Source: an uncultured Lachnospiraceae bacterium
GTDB lineage: Bacteria > Bacillota > Clostridia > Eubacteriales > Eubacteriaceae
NCBI GenBank assembly: GCA_964510565.1
Contig: CAZEBY010000007.1
Span: 2,511 to 66,510, forward strand
Reading direction: 5' to 3'
Length of the DNA stretch: 64,000 bases
The notes beneath the pieces were generated by a model, which did not search any database, was not told where the DNA came from, and worked only from the letters and a program-made list of their open reading frames with translations. Positions 29,966 to 39,885 of the stretch are shown here, piece by piece. The position numbers and the translations under genes were made by a program. Numbering within the stretch: the stretch's first letter is position 1; each line of letters opens with the position of its first letter.

Positions 29966-31029
29966 TTGACATTTTCCTTCTTCTTCGTACTGTAGACCCA
30001 CGCCATCAGTTCCGCAACGGTCTTGTAGAGCTCTGCTGGAATATACTCATTAATCGCCACCGATTGATACAGACTGCGGGCGAGAACCTTGTTTTCTTTG
30101 ACCAGCACCTTGTTTTCCTCAGCAACTGCTACAATTCGCAGCGCCATATAGTCTTTACCTTTTGCCAATACCAGCGGAGCCACGTCATGATCGGCGTCAT
30201 ATTTTAAAGCCACCGCATAGTGAGTCGGGTTTCTGACGATTACATCGGCCTGTGGTACCATCTGCATCATCCGGCTCATACTCATTTCCCGTTGCTTTTG
30301 GCGGATCTTACCTTTAATCTCGGGATTTCCCTCAGTTTGCTTGTATTCGTCTTTGACTTCCTGCTTGGTCATCTTCAGCTTCTTTTCATAATCGTAACGC
30401 TGGTAGGCGTAATCCAGAATCGCCACCACGGCAAAGATCATCGTGACGGTTTGCACCATCGACATCGTTTTATCGGTCATAAACATCACGTTTTCGTCAA
30501 TTTTAGTGACCAGCATATCCGGTGTCATCGGAATAATACTCATAATCACCGAATAGATCACACCGATAATCAGGGTCACTTTCGCCAGCGATTTAAGCAG
30601 TTCAACCAGCGCTCGCAATGAAATCATCCGTTTAATCCCTGAGAAAGGGTTAATCCGGTTGAATTTTGGTTTTAATGCGTCTCCGGTTACCAAAAAAGCC
30701 GTCTGCACCCCAGACATAATAATGGCGACGATCATAATGATCACAGCCACCGGCAGCACAGAAACAAAAAATACAATTGCCGCTTCCCGAAACAGCTGAT
30801 TAATACTCGAAACAGTCAGGGTATCCATGGTTGCGATTTTTTTCATTTGGGCAATGTAGATATTTTTTATTTGCTGGTAGATAAAGGGTACCAGCAGATT
30901 TAAGACAAAAAATGCTACAAAGAGGAGCACCACGGAGACTACATCTTTGCTTTGAAAGGTGTTGCCCTTTTTGCGCTCATCTTTTCGCTTTTTGGGGGTC
31001 GCTTTTTCGGTTTTTTCTGATCCTGCCAT
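29962..31029 (-). CDS. flhB: Flagellar export switch FlhB
   Basis: EKTEKATPKKR, EGNPEIKG, NPTH autocleavage motif. Confidence 0.97.
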   Translation of the reverse strand: MAGSEKTEKATPKKRKDERKKGNTFQSKDVVSVVLLFVAFFVLNLLVPFIYQQIKNIYIAQMKKIATMDTLTVSSINQLFREAAIVFFVSVLPVAVIIMIVAIIMSGVQTAFLVTGDALKPKFNRINPFSGIKRMISLRALVELLKSLAKVTLIIGVIYSVIMSIIPMTPDMLVTKIDENVMFMTDKTMSMVQTVTMIFAVVAILDYAYQRYDYEKKLKMTKQEVKDEYKQTEGNPEIKGKIRQKQREMSMSRMMQMVPQADVIVRNPTHYAVALKYDADHDVAPLVLAKGKDYMALRIVAVAEENKVLVKENKVLARSLYQSVAINEYIPAELYKTVAELMAWVYSTKKKENVK

Positions 31030-31064
31030 TCTTTTCTCCGTTTTTTACCTGTGTTTTACCAGTA

Positions 31065-31841
31065 TCAAATGAAAAATGTCAGTACCTGAGTTATTTTTTC
31101 CATCATCAATAAATTCATCCGGGTCATAAAATTAGCCAATACCGGGATCAGGGTAAACACAACAATCAAACCGATGATCACTTTGACTTGAATATTGATG
31201 ACAAAAACATTAATATTCGGTACCAGCCGCATCAGAATGCCAACGGCAAACTCGGCAATGATCTCGGTGACAATTATCGGAATCGCCAATTGTACCGCGT
31301 AAATAAAGATATAATACATCAGTTCAATAAAAAATACGCCAACCTGCTCACTGACTTGTCCAAGTCCCAACGGAATTAGCTGAAACGATTTAATCACGAC
31401 GGTGAACAGGGCCAGGTGCGCATTCGAAATAAAAAAGATCATAACATACATGGCGGTCAGCAGATTCCCCGTAACCGAGATGTTAGCCTTGGTGGCCGGG
31501 TCATACATCGAAGCCATACTCAGGCCCATTTGCATATCGATCACTTCGCCGCCCAGTTGAAAAACGGACAAAAACATCGACATGATAAATCCGATCACAA
31601 TCCCAATAATAAACCCCTGAAGCATGGCACCGATGAATTCAATCAGCGAGTAATTAATCACCTGCGTTGTCCCCAACTCAAAAACAGCAAACATCGCGAT
31701 GGCCAGCGATAAGCCAACCTTCATAATGTTGGGAACGCTGTTTCTGCCAAAGATGGGATTAAAGAATATCACTCCTGCCGTTCGACAACTGGCAAGCAGA
31801 AAAATTAAATACTGGTTCATGTCAAAGGTCATCTTTATCAC
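31065..31841 (-). CDS. fliR: Flagellar export protein FliR
   Basis: GEVIDMQMGL..YDP, PNINVF; multiple TMs. Confidence 0.92.
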   Translation of the reverse strand: MIKMTFDMNQYLIFLLASCRTAGVIFFNPIFGRNSVPNIMKVGLSLAIAMFAVFELGTTQVINYSLIEFIGAMLQGFIIGIVIGFIMSMFLSVFQLGGEVIDMQMGLSMASMYDPATKANISVTGNLLTAMYVMIFFISNAHLALFTVVIKSFQLIPLGLGQVSEQVGVFFIELMYYIFIYAVQLAIPIIVTEIIAEFAVGILMRLVPNINVFVINIQVKVIIGLIVVFTLIPVLANFMTRMNLLMMEKITQVLTFFI

Positions 31842-31855
31842 CCATGTCTTTTTCT

Positions 31856-32122
31856 TTAGATCTTGGTGGCGATCAGTTCAAATATCCGAAAAACCAAATC
31901 CATCATCTGCTGCAGCATCCAACCTCCGGCAATCACCATCAACACGGCAGTGATGATCAGTTTAGGCACAAAGGTCATCGTTTGTTCATTAATCGATGTG
32001 GCCGCCTGAATGATTGAAATGACCAGTCCAACCAGCATACTGATTAAGAGGATGGGACCGGCAACCTTCATGCCGGTAAAGATGGCATCTCTGAAAATTC
32101 CGATTAAATCACCTGTACTCAT
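31856..32122 (-). CDS. fliQ: Flagellar export protein FliQ
   Basis: QAATSINEQTMTFVPK. Confidence 0.95.
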   Translation of the reverse strand: MSTGDLIGIFRDAIFTGMKVAGPILLISMLVGLVISIIQAATSINEQTMTFVPKLIITAVLMVIAGGWMLQQMMDLVFRIFELIATKI

Positions 32123-32136
32123 ATTCTGCGTCCTCC

Positions 32137-32925
32137 TTAATTATAGGTCATAATCAGGGTTTTGACCAGTAACCCCCAGCCGTCGACCACCACAAATAGC
32201 ATGATTTTAAATGGCAGCGAAATCATAACTGGCGGTAGCATCATCATCCCCATGGACATGAGCACGCTTGAAACAATCATATCAATCAGCAGGAATGGAA
32301 TAAACAGTAAAAAACCGATTAAAAAGGCCCGCTTTAATTCACTGATGATGAAAGCTGGAATGACAATCGTCAACGGCAAATCCTGGGGCGCCAGATTCTC
32401 GATGCCGGTCTGACCGGCATCAACGGACAGACTTTTGAATAAATTCACATCGGTGGCGGTGGTTTGTTTAAGCATCCATTCTTTGATCGGTTCCACCGCT
32501 GAATCCAGAAACTGCTGAGAATTGATGGTGCCGTTATTATAAGGCTGCAGCGCCACCTCGTTAATCTCAGTTAATACTGGCGACATCACAAAAAAAGTAA
32601 TTGCCAGCGCCAATCCAACCAGAATCTGGTTGGGTGGCGTTTGCTGCAAACCTAAGGCACTTCGCAAAAAAGACAGGATAATGATGATCCGGCCAAAGCA
32701 GGTCATCATTAACAGCAGTGTCGGAACAATCGCAATCAGGGTCATTAAGACGATGACTTTTACAGTATCGGAGCTTTCACCGGCCAGAAAACCTTCCACC
32801 GATAACTCGGCCCCGTGAGCTTTTGCAGCAGTCAGAATAAATAAAATGGCAAGAATTGGCATGATGACAAGTGCTTTTTTCAGCATCACTTTTTTATTAT
32901 TAAATGTCGTTCTTAGTTCATTCAT
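32137..32925 (-). CDS. fliP: Flagellar export protein FliP
   Basis: QQTPPNQIL, PAFIISEL, GMMMLPP, VDGW. Confidence 0.96.
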   Translation of the reverse strand: MNELRTTFNNKKVMLKKALVIMPILAILFILTAAKAHGAELSVEGFLAGESSDTVKVIVLMTLIAIVPTLLLMMTCFGRIIIILSFLRSALGLQQTPPNQILVGLALAITFFVMSPVLTEINEVALQPYNNGTINSQQFLDSAVEPIKEWMLKQTTATDVNLFKSLSVDAGQTGIENLAPQDLPLTIVIPAFIISELKRAFLIGFLLFIPFLLIDMIVSSVLMSMGMMMLPPVMISLPFKIMLFVVVDGWGLLVKTLIMTYN

Positions 32926-33278
32926 TCATTCTGTTTTTCCTTTTGAGAAAATGATTTGACCATACTTAAAAAGCTTTCTTTTGATATTTCCTGCTTTTTC
33001 TGAAAAGAAATCGGTTCTTCCAGTTGTGATAAAACTTGAATATTGGAATCGGTAACTCCGATCAGGTATTGAACGCCTTTGATGTCGACGATAATAATTG
33101 AACCGCTTTTCCCGACAATCAGTCTTTCAACCACCTTCATATGATGCTCCCCGGACAGTGATCCCGGTCTTTTGATAAACCGTTCAACATACCATCTGCT
33201 GCCGTAATAGGTTAAGACAATGACACCGACGGTCCCCAATAGTGCGAGAATTATAGAAAATACATCACTCGAACCCAA
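32922..33278 (-). CDS. fliO: Flagellar protein FliO/FliZ
   Basis: N-terminal TM, YLIGVTD..I..L; position before fliP. Confidence 0.8.
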   Translation of the reverse strand: MGSSDVFSIILALLGTVGVIVLTYYGSRWYVERFIKRPGSLSGEHHMKVVERLIVGKSGSIIIVDIKGVQYLIGVTDSNIQVLSQLEEPISFQKKQEISKESFLSMVKSFSQKEKQNE

Positions 33279-33295
33279 TTTGGACCTGCTCTCTG

Positions 33296-33658
33296 TTACT
33301 CGCCAAGGGCACTTTTAACGGTTTGCAGCAGACGATCCGCTTTAAATGGTTTAACAATAAAGTCCAGCGCACCATTTTTGATGGCTTCGACGACCATCCC
33401 TTCCTGACCCATCGCTGAACACATGATCACCTTGGATTGAGGTTCGAATCCTTTAATCGCCTGCAGCGCCTGAATTCCATCCATCACGGGCATGGTAATA
33501 TCCAGAAGGACTAAGTCCGGTCGGTTTTCTTTGTATTCTGCCAGGGCGATTTCGCCGTTTTCAGCTTCAATAAAATCAGTATAACCACCTTTTTTCAAAC
33601 TGTCTTTGATCATCATCCGCATGAAGGCCGCATCGTCTACAATTAATATTTTGCTCAT
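33296..33658 (-). CDS. cheY: Chemotaxis response regulator CheY
   Basis: ILIVDDAAFMRMMIK, DITMP, CSAMGQ, FIVKPF. Confidence 0.95.
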   Translation of the reverse strand: MSKILIVDDAAFMRMMIKDSLKKGGYTDFIEAENGEIALAEYKENRPDLVLLDITMPVMDGIQALQAIKGFEPQSKVIMCSAMGQEGMVVEAIKNGALDFIVKPFKADRLLQTVKSALGE

Positions 33659-33709
33659 TTTCTTCTCCTTAAATTCGTAATTTCAAATTTATATCTATAC
33701 TAATTTCTG

Positions 33710-34813
33710 CTATTTTTTTTGTTCAGAATTATCTTTGACTTTGATAATTTCAGTTATTTTAACACTGTAGTTATCGTCGACAACCACCACATCACCGCGG
33801 GCAATTAATCGTCCGTTGGCAATAACATCGACCTGATCGCCGGCTTGCCGATCCAATTCGACAATGTTTCCCAGAGTCAGTTCGGCAATGTCTTTGATTT
33901 TTTTTCTGGTCCTGCCCAGTTCAACGGTAATCTGAATGGGGACCGACATCAACAGATCGAGATTATCGCCGGGAATATTGATGTTTGGTTCGACGCCTAA
34001 CTGGCGGTATTCATAGGGATTAACCTGAACCGGCTGTTGCGGCTGAGCATAGACCGGCGGTGGCTCATTTCTGACTACCCGGGCCTGTTCTGGCTGGGGT
34101 GGCGGCTGATAGGTCATTTCCTGCTGCACTGGCACCTGCTGTTGTGGCGGTGGCGGTGGTGGCGGTGGTGGTGGTGGCGGTGCCACTTCTTCTTCATCGT
34201 CCATGCCACTGGCGCCCATCGACATCGAGACGATTTCCCGGGCCAGTGACGGTTCCATCGCACTGATAAATTCACTTTCAACCAAACCCTCGATGCTCAG
34301 GTTAAACTTAATGCTGACCAGATTATCACCTTTTAGCGAGAACAGCTCACGGATACTGGCTTTACTGGTGGTATCGAGCAGAACTGGTGGTGAAATGTTG
34401 ACGATTTTTCCCAAAAACGAAGCCAATGCTCCTGCCGCTGCCCCCATCATCTGGTTCATGATTTCACCAATGGCGCTTTTACTGATTTCATCGAACTCAA
34501 TCTCATCGCTGGTGTCCATATCAAACAGCTGCGACAGAATTTTTTTCATGTCCGACTCCTGAAGCAGCAGTACATTAGCTCCTTCGATGCCTTCGACATA
34601 ATTGATTAAAACGCCAATTACCGGTTCAAGGTAAGAGAACTCAAATTCATCGATGCCAATTGTTTCAATTCTTGGCGTTGTAATATTAACCTTGGTATTT
34701 AAAATGGTGGACATCGCTGTTGCTGCTGTACCCATGCTGATGTTCATCACTTCGCCGATCACATCAACTTCCATGCTCGACAATTTGTCCGGATTATCTA
34801 CTGTTTCTGTCAT
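33710..34813 (-). CDS. fliY: Motor switch phosphatase FliY (CheC domain + FliN domain)
   Basis: EVMNISMGTAATA, EIMNQMMG, Pro/Gln linker, VELGRT...GDVVVVDDNYSVKI. Confidence 0.92.
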   Translation of the reverse strand: MTETVDNPDKLSSMEVDVIGEVMNISMGTAATAMSTILNTKVNITTPRIETIGIDEFEFSYLEPVIGVLINYVEGIEGANVLLLQESDMKKILSQLFDMDTSDEIEFDEISKSAIGEIMNQMMGAAAGALASFLGKIVNISPPVLLDTTSKASIRELFSLKGDNLVSIKFNLSIEGLVESEFISAMEPSLAREIVSMSMGASGMDDEEEVAPPPPPPPPPPPPQQQVPVQQEMTYQPPPQPEQARVVRNEPPPVYAQPQQPVQVNPYEYRQLGVEPNINIPGDNLDLLMSVPIQITVELGRTRKKIKDIAELTLGNIVELDRQAGDQVDVIANGRLIARGDVVVVDDNYSVKITEIIKVKDNSEQKK

Positions 34814-35823
34814 ATGAATAGTTCACTTCCCCTCTCGTTAAGCTCTTTTATCTGAATCGCTCTTTTATTCTTATAATCTCCCATTTCGCCTCTAAACCAG
34901 ACCTCATCATTGACGACAAGATCCACCATGGCATTGGCCGGTTTGTTCAGCTTGATGATATCGCCGACTTCCAGTTCATAAATATCCTGGGAGAGGACTT
35001 CGGTCTCGCCTAATACACCTTTTATTTCCAGATCCGTTTTTCTGATTTCATTGATGATGTTCAGACGTCTTTTTTCCTCTGCCTGCTGATCGCCTCTTTT
35101 GATATTTTTCTTGGTTTGAGACATTTTCTTTTTAAAGAGCATATCGAGGGTTGTTGCCGGGATACAAATATTAATCTTTCCCTGGGTTTCATTAACTTTG
35201 ATGCTCATAACAATAATGACAACATTTTCATCAGCCCCGATCCCCTGAAGAATTCGCGCATTCGTTTCGATTTTCATCAATCGCGGAGCAATCTCCAGAT
35301 AGTCGAACCAGACGTTTTTCATCAGGTTAATCATCCCTCTGAAGAAATATTCCATAACCCCGATTTCAATTTCGGTAAATTCCCGGTCTTCTTTCAATGG
35401 TTTTCCGGAACCGCCCAGCAGTCTGTCAAAACTGCAAAATCCGACATCTTTGGAAATATCCATGATTACCAAATCTTCTTCATCTTCGCTGTCTTTAATA
35501 TCAAAATCGATCAGTCCCATCAGAACCGAATCGGGAAGGGCGTTATTGAATTCATAATATTGCTGTTCTTCCACCTCAATGATTTCTACCAAACTATAGG
35601 TTTGAAGAATTCCGGTGATATGAGAAGACACCAGTCTGGCATAATTTTCATAGATACTAAATAGATGTTTTAATTGCTCGCGGGTAAAAAGCTTTGGTCT
35701 TCTGAAGTCATAGTCTTTAACCTTTTTACCCGAACTGCTGCTTGGTACTTCCGGCTCGTCTTTTCCACTGATTAAGCTGCTTAAAAGGCTATCAATTTGA
35801 CTTTGCGAAAGAATTTCTGCCAT
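34810..35823 (-). CDS. fliM: Motor switch protein FliM
   Basis: ILSQSQIDSLL, YDFRRP, REFTEIE, LEVGDII. Confidence 0.95.
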   Translation of the reverse strand: MAEILSQSQIDSLLSSLISGKDEPEVPSSSSGKKVKDYDFRRPKLFTREQLKHLFSIYENYARLVSSHITGILQTYSLVEIIEVEEQQYYEFNNALPDSVLMGLIDFDIKDSEDEEDLVIMDISKDVGFCSFDRLLGGSGKPLKEDREFTEIEIGVMEYFFRGMINLMKNVWFDYLEIAPRLMKIETNARILQGIGADENVVIIVMSIKVNETQGKINICIPATTLDMLFKKKMSQTKKNIKRGDQQAEEKRRLNIINEIRKTDLEIKGVLGETEVLSQDIYELEVGDIIKLNKPANAMVDLVVNDEVWFRGEMGDYKNKRAIQIKELNERGSELFI

Positions 35824-35861
35824 TTCATTTCTCCTCGTTAATGTCTTTTGTTGCTAACCTA

Positions 35862-36602
35862 CTATGGTGCTGCGGTTTCTGTTGCTGTCGCAATGTCACT
35901 GAAGAAATCTTCCGTCTCAGAAATAATGATTTCGACCCGACGGTTTTTGGCTCTATTTTCTTCGGTGTCGTTTGGTGCGATCGGTCGATACTGACCAAAT
36001 CCCACCGATAATAATTTTGACGGATCGGTAATATAGCCATTTTGCAAGAATCTTAACACCTCATTGGCGCGGCTGCTGGATAAGTCCCGGTCGTCCACCG
36101 GTGAATCCGCCTGGGCAGTGTGACCGTCAATGCGAATCGATTTTATCGTTGGCTCTACCGCCTTAAAGGCCTGACCGATATCTGATAAAATCTGCTGCCC
36201 GCCGGGTTTGATCCGCGAACTGTCGGGTTCAAAAAAGATCGAGGACATAAACTTAATGGACACCGCCTTATCATATTTTTCAATATTGACGGCTTGATCC
36301 AGGCCATTTTCTTTGGTATATTGGCTCAAGTATTGATACAGATCTTCGAGATCGACTATTTCCTCTACCGAAATGTCCTCCGTCGGTGATGTCGAGCCAT
36401 CCGACTCGGTGGCGGTTCCGGTAGCTTCATATACCGCTGCCGGGTTAAATATTTCAACCAGTTGCTTATATTTGGCGGCATCCAGCGTCGACATTGAAAA
36501 AAGCAGGATAAAAAAGATTAAAATCAGGGTGATCATGTCAGCATAGGTATTTAGCCAGGCATCTTTATTGATTTCTTTTTTGTTCTGATTACGCTTGCCC
36601 AT
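35862..36602 (-). CDS. motB: Stator B subunit (MotB/MotS), OmpA-like PG-binding domain
   Basis: WLNTYADMITLILIFFILLFSMS, DGHT, LSSSRA, NRRVEI. Confidence 0.93.
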   Translation of the reverse strand: MGKRNQNKKEINKDAWLNTYADMITLILIFFILLFSMSTLDAAKYKQLVEIFNPAAVYEATGTATESDGSTSPTEDISVEEIVDLEDLYQYLSQYTKENGLDQAVNIEKYDKAVSIKFMSSIFFEPDSSRIKPGGQQILSDIGQAFKAVEPTIKSIRIDGHTAQADSPVDDRDLSSSRANEVLRFLQNGYITDPSKLLSVGFGQYRPIAPNDTEENRAKNRRVEIIISETEDFFSDIATATETAAP

Positions 36603-36619
36603 AATATATACCCCTATTT

Positions 36620-37471
36620 TTAACTTTCAACAGTTTTTCCTTTTTTACCCTTTGATTTTCCACCTTTTGATGGCGCCTCGCCATTTGCTTTTCTGATTTC
36701 GTCATCGGTTAAAAAGTTCATCAGCTTGTCCCGGATATATTTGGGATTTTCACCTTCTTTGATGGCTACAACCCCTTCAACGATTAATTCCTTGATTAAA
36801 AGATCTCGTCCCTGAGCAATCTCCAACTTTCCGGAAATCGGCATAAAAACACAGTTGGCCAGTACTGATCCATAAAAGGTCGTGATTAGGGCTACTGACA
36901 TATCGGCCCCCAGGGTACTGGCCCCGCCTTCGAAGCTCATGTTTTTTAACATGTTTACCAAACCAATCAGAGTACCGATCATCCCGAAAGCCGGTCCCAG
37001 GGCAGCTCCCATATCATAGATCTTCCGTTCAAGATCATTCCGCTCGGAGATATAATCGATTTTCTGATCAAACCAGGATCTTAACTTATCCGGTTCAATC
37101 GCATCGACAATCCGCAGGACGCTTTCTTTTAAAAATTCATCCTGAATATCGGCTGCTTTTGCTTCCAGGGCCAACAATCCCTTACGTCTCGCCTCTTTTG
37201 AAAGCTCTGTCAGAATTTCGACATATTCCAGAGGATCCTGTTTGCTTTTAAAAAAAATCATTTTCAGATGTTTGGGGATATGTTTAAATGATTTGATGGG
37301 AAAGGATGCGATAAGGACGAAAAATGTTCCACCGATGGTAATGAACATACTCTGAGGATCAATGAAATTCATTAATGCCCCAATATTAAAACCATTTGCC
37401 GAACTGAATGTCATCCCAAAAAACATCGTAAAGACGACGAGGACATAGGCAATGATTGTTGAAATTTCCAT
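36620..37471 (-). CDS. motA: Stator A subunit (MotA/MotP)
   Basis: ARRKGLLALE, PAFGMIGTLIGL, ALITTFYG, GENP. Confidence 0.94.
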   Translation of the reverse strand: MEISTIIAYVLVVFTMFFGMTFSSANGFNIGALMNFIDPQSMFITIGGTFFVLIASFPIKSFKHIPKHLKMIFFKSKQDPLEYVEILTELSKEARRKGLLALEAKAADIQDEFLKESVLRIVDAIEPDKLRSWFDQKIDYISERNDLERKIYDMGAALGPAFGMIGTLIGLVNMLKNMSFEGGASTLGADMSVALITTFYGSVLANCVFMPISGKLEIAQGRDLLIKELIVEGVVAIKEGENPKYIRDKLMNFLTDDEIRKANGEAPSKGGKSKGKKGKTVES

Positions 37472-37500
37472 AAATTTATACTTCCTGTCCGAATTTGTGG

Positions 37501-37695
37501 TTAGCGGCTAAAAATACTCCGTTTATAAGCAATGATCTTTGAAAGCACCTGGGCTGAACTCTCGGTAACCACATAATGTTTACCGTTCATCAGCCGAATG
37601 GTTGTATCCGGTTTTTCTTCGATAATTTCAATGATCTCACAATTGAGAAGAAATTTTTCATTTTTTTGTTTGTTTAATCTGGTTAATTCTATCAT
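37501..37695 (-). CDS. flbD: FlbD/SwrD family protein
   Basis: MIELTRLN, IE..PDTTIRL.NG..YVV.E. Confidence 0.9.
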   Translation of the reverse strand: MIELTRLNKQKNEKFLLNCEIIEIIEEKPDTTIRLMNGKHYVVTESSAQVLSKIIAYKRSIFSR

Positions 37696-37727
37696 ATTAT
37701 CACCTTAAAAGTAAATTTTATTATTAT

Positions 37728-37756
37728 AGTATAGCCTAAATCGAATGAATTTTCAA
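37728..37756 (-). promoter_or_regulatory. Internal sigmaA-like promoter for flbD-motAB-fliM...
   Basis: TTGAAA-N17-TATACT. Confidence 0.6.
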
Positions 37757-37831
37757 CTTATCAGTCATTGAATAGCCATTCACTGACTGAGTGGATCACC
37801 CATTTAGTGAATGGCTATGATAAAAAGTTCT

Positions 37832-37857
37832 ACCCGAAGGAGTGTTCTCCTTCGGGT
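37832..37857 (-). terminator. Hairpin/terminator after flgE
   Basis: acccgaaggag-N4-ctccttcgggt perfect 11-bp stem, then agaacttttt. Confidence 0.6.
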
Positions 37858-37880
37858 GAATAATTTTAGTTTATGATATA

Positions 37881-39365
37881 CTATCGTTTTAAATTAATCA
37901 ATTCTTCAAGAATGGAGTCAGACACCGTGATAATTCGCGAATTGGCCTGGAAACCACGCTGAGCAATAATCATATCGGTGAATTCCTGAGACAAATCAAC
38001 ATTTGACATTTCAAGGTTGGCAGATTCAGTTCCGCCAGTACCATTGGTGCCAGCTTTTGAGGCAATGGCCTCGCCGGAGTTGGCTGATTCCATAAAGTAG
38101 CCATTACCATCCTGGAGCAAACCGTCAACATTGGCAAATTTGGCGATGGCCAGGTAGCCGAGGGTGACCGGTTTGTCGCTGCCGGTTTCGATTTTGCCGA
38201 TAGTGGTGTTTGCCAAGGAAGCATCAGTATTAATAATTTTGTCAAATCCCGTTGCTTCAACATCTAAAGTGAGTGTTCCTCCTGTTGTCGAGCTCGTTAA
38301 AACAACATTCGTATTGGTGCCATCAAAAGTAAAATCTTCGGGTGTTTTTAGGTATTCTGTTACTCCCCCCTGGTTTTTTACCGCAGCAACAACTGATACA
38401 TAGCCGTCTTGAGCGATCGTGCCAATATCTACACCACCTTCTAAATCAGTAGCTGTTGATATCAATTTTGTTGTATCAATTTTTAGCCCCGGCAAGTTTG
38501 CAAAAGTCAGGATTCCTGATGAGGAGAGGTTTGCTGCTCCATATTCTGTGATTTCGGTGCCGGCTTTATCTGTAAGTCCTGCTGCCAGGGTGTACGTTTC
38601 ACCAGCTTTTGTGAGATTAAGTGTTCCTAAAATATCTGCCGTTGGCTCAATTGAAAGGGCATTTATTTCGGTGCTGCCAGAATCGATATTCACCATGTCC
38701 CCCACTGCCAATTGGACATTTCCGGAATAATAGGAATCCGTTGGTACGGTTATTCCATTTAACCACCCAATCCCTGATGCCGCTGTAAATTCCGGATCGC
38801 CGGCTTTAATCCCGGTGATCTCACCGGATTTACCAATGGTAATACCGGTATATTTTTCCAGCTCTGCTGCCGGGATATTAATTGCCTGTAACTCGTCAAT
38901 CGCCAATGTTCCATTGGGGTTTAAAACGGGGTTGCCATCAGCATCAAGCGGTATCCCCATGACCTTGCTTCCTCCGCCGTCGGTTAAGTTTCCATCCGCA
39001 TCAAATTTCAAATTACCAACTCGCGTATAGCGATTGGCTCCCGCTTCGGGTTGAACGGTCAAATAACCTTCTCCAGCAATGTAAACATCTAAGGCCCGAC
39101 CCGTGGTGGCGCCAGAAGAGACCGTATTTAGCATATCAATACTGCTAACCTTGGTTCCATAACCCAGCTGATTGGCATTGGTACCTCCGGTAGTGGCCGT
39201 TGCGCCAGTGGCGGTTGATAAATTCTGGTATAACACATCGCTGAAGACAACCCGGCTGGCTTTAAAGCCATAAGTATTAACATTGGCAATATTATTACCA
39301 ATAACATTTAATTTGGTCTGGTGGGCTGCCATCCCGGAAATTCCTGAGTATAAAGATCTGATCAT
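37881..39365 (-). CDS. flgE: Flagellar hook protein FlgE
   Basis: MIRSLYSGISG...GNNIANVNTYGFK; LEMSNVDLSQEFTDMIIAQRGFQANSR. Confidence 0.95.
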   Translation of the reverse strand: MIRSLYSGISGMAAHQTKLNVIGNNIANVNTYGFKASRVVFSDVLYQNLSTATGATATTGGTNANQLGYGTKVSSIDMLNTVSSGATTGRALDVYIAGEGYLTVQPEAGANRYTRVGNLKFDADGNLTDGGGSKVMGIPLDADGNPVLNPNGTLAIDELQAINIPAAELEKYTGITIGKSGEITGIKAGDPEFTAASGIGWLNGITVPTDSYYSGNVQLAVGDMVNIDSGSTEINALSIEPTADILGTLNLTKAGETYTLAAGLTDKAGTEITEYGAANLSSSGILTFANLPGLKIDTTKLISTATDLEGGVDIGTIAQDGYVSVVAAVKNQGGVTEYLKTPEDFTFDGTNTNVVLTSSTTGGTLTLDVEATGFDKIINTDASLANTTIGKIETGSDKPVTLGYLAIAKFANVDGLLQDGNGYFMESANSGEAIASKAGTNGTGGTESANLEMSNVDLSQEFTDMIIAQRGFQANSRIITVSDSILEELINLKR

Positions 39366-39437
39366 TTTATTATCCTTTCTGTGCCGTTTGAAGCTTATCA
39401 GTCGGTCAAAGCTTCCAGTTTCCTCACAGAGGGCCAA

Positions 39438-39848
39438 CTATATAAATACGGCACCATCAATATCATTGAATAGTTTATTTTTCATTTCGTTTTTATCAAT
39501 TACGGTAATCACCCGTTTGTCCGCAGCATTCACAATAAACGCCGAATTATCCATCATGATTAAAGCATTGCCAATTCCTTTTTCCTGAGCTTTGTCACAA
39601 GCTTCTCCCAGTCTTTCCAGATCGCTGTCAGACACCTGAATATTGCGCTGGTCTTTTCTGATACTGGCGTGCTTGGTAAAGGTTACGGTATTTTTAATCT
39701 GCTGATTGAGCATTTCCTGAAAACTGGTTTCTGCTTTTTCAATCCCATTGGCTGTCGTTTTCTGATTTGTTGCGTTGGATAATTTTTCCGTTTGCCTGAT
39801 GATTGCATCGTTCAGACGATAAAAATTACCATTGATCGTATCAGCCAT
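39438..39848 (-). CDS. Flagellar operon protein (TIGR02530-like)
   Basis: FTKHA..R..QRNI, RVITVID, FNDIDGAV. Confidence 0.85.
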   Translation of the reverse strand: MADTINGNFYRLNDAIIRQTEKLSNATNQKTTANGIEKAETSFQEMLNQQIKNTVTFTKHASIRKDQRNIQVSDSDLERLGEACDKAQEKGIGNALIMMDNSAFIVNAADKRVITVIDKNEMKNKLFNDIDGAVFI

Positions 39849-39885
39849 TCTATCACCTCTTATTTAACAGATTGTTGATTTCTGT

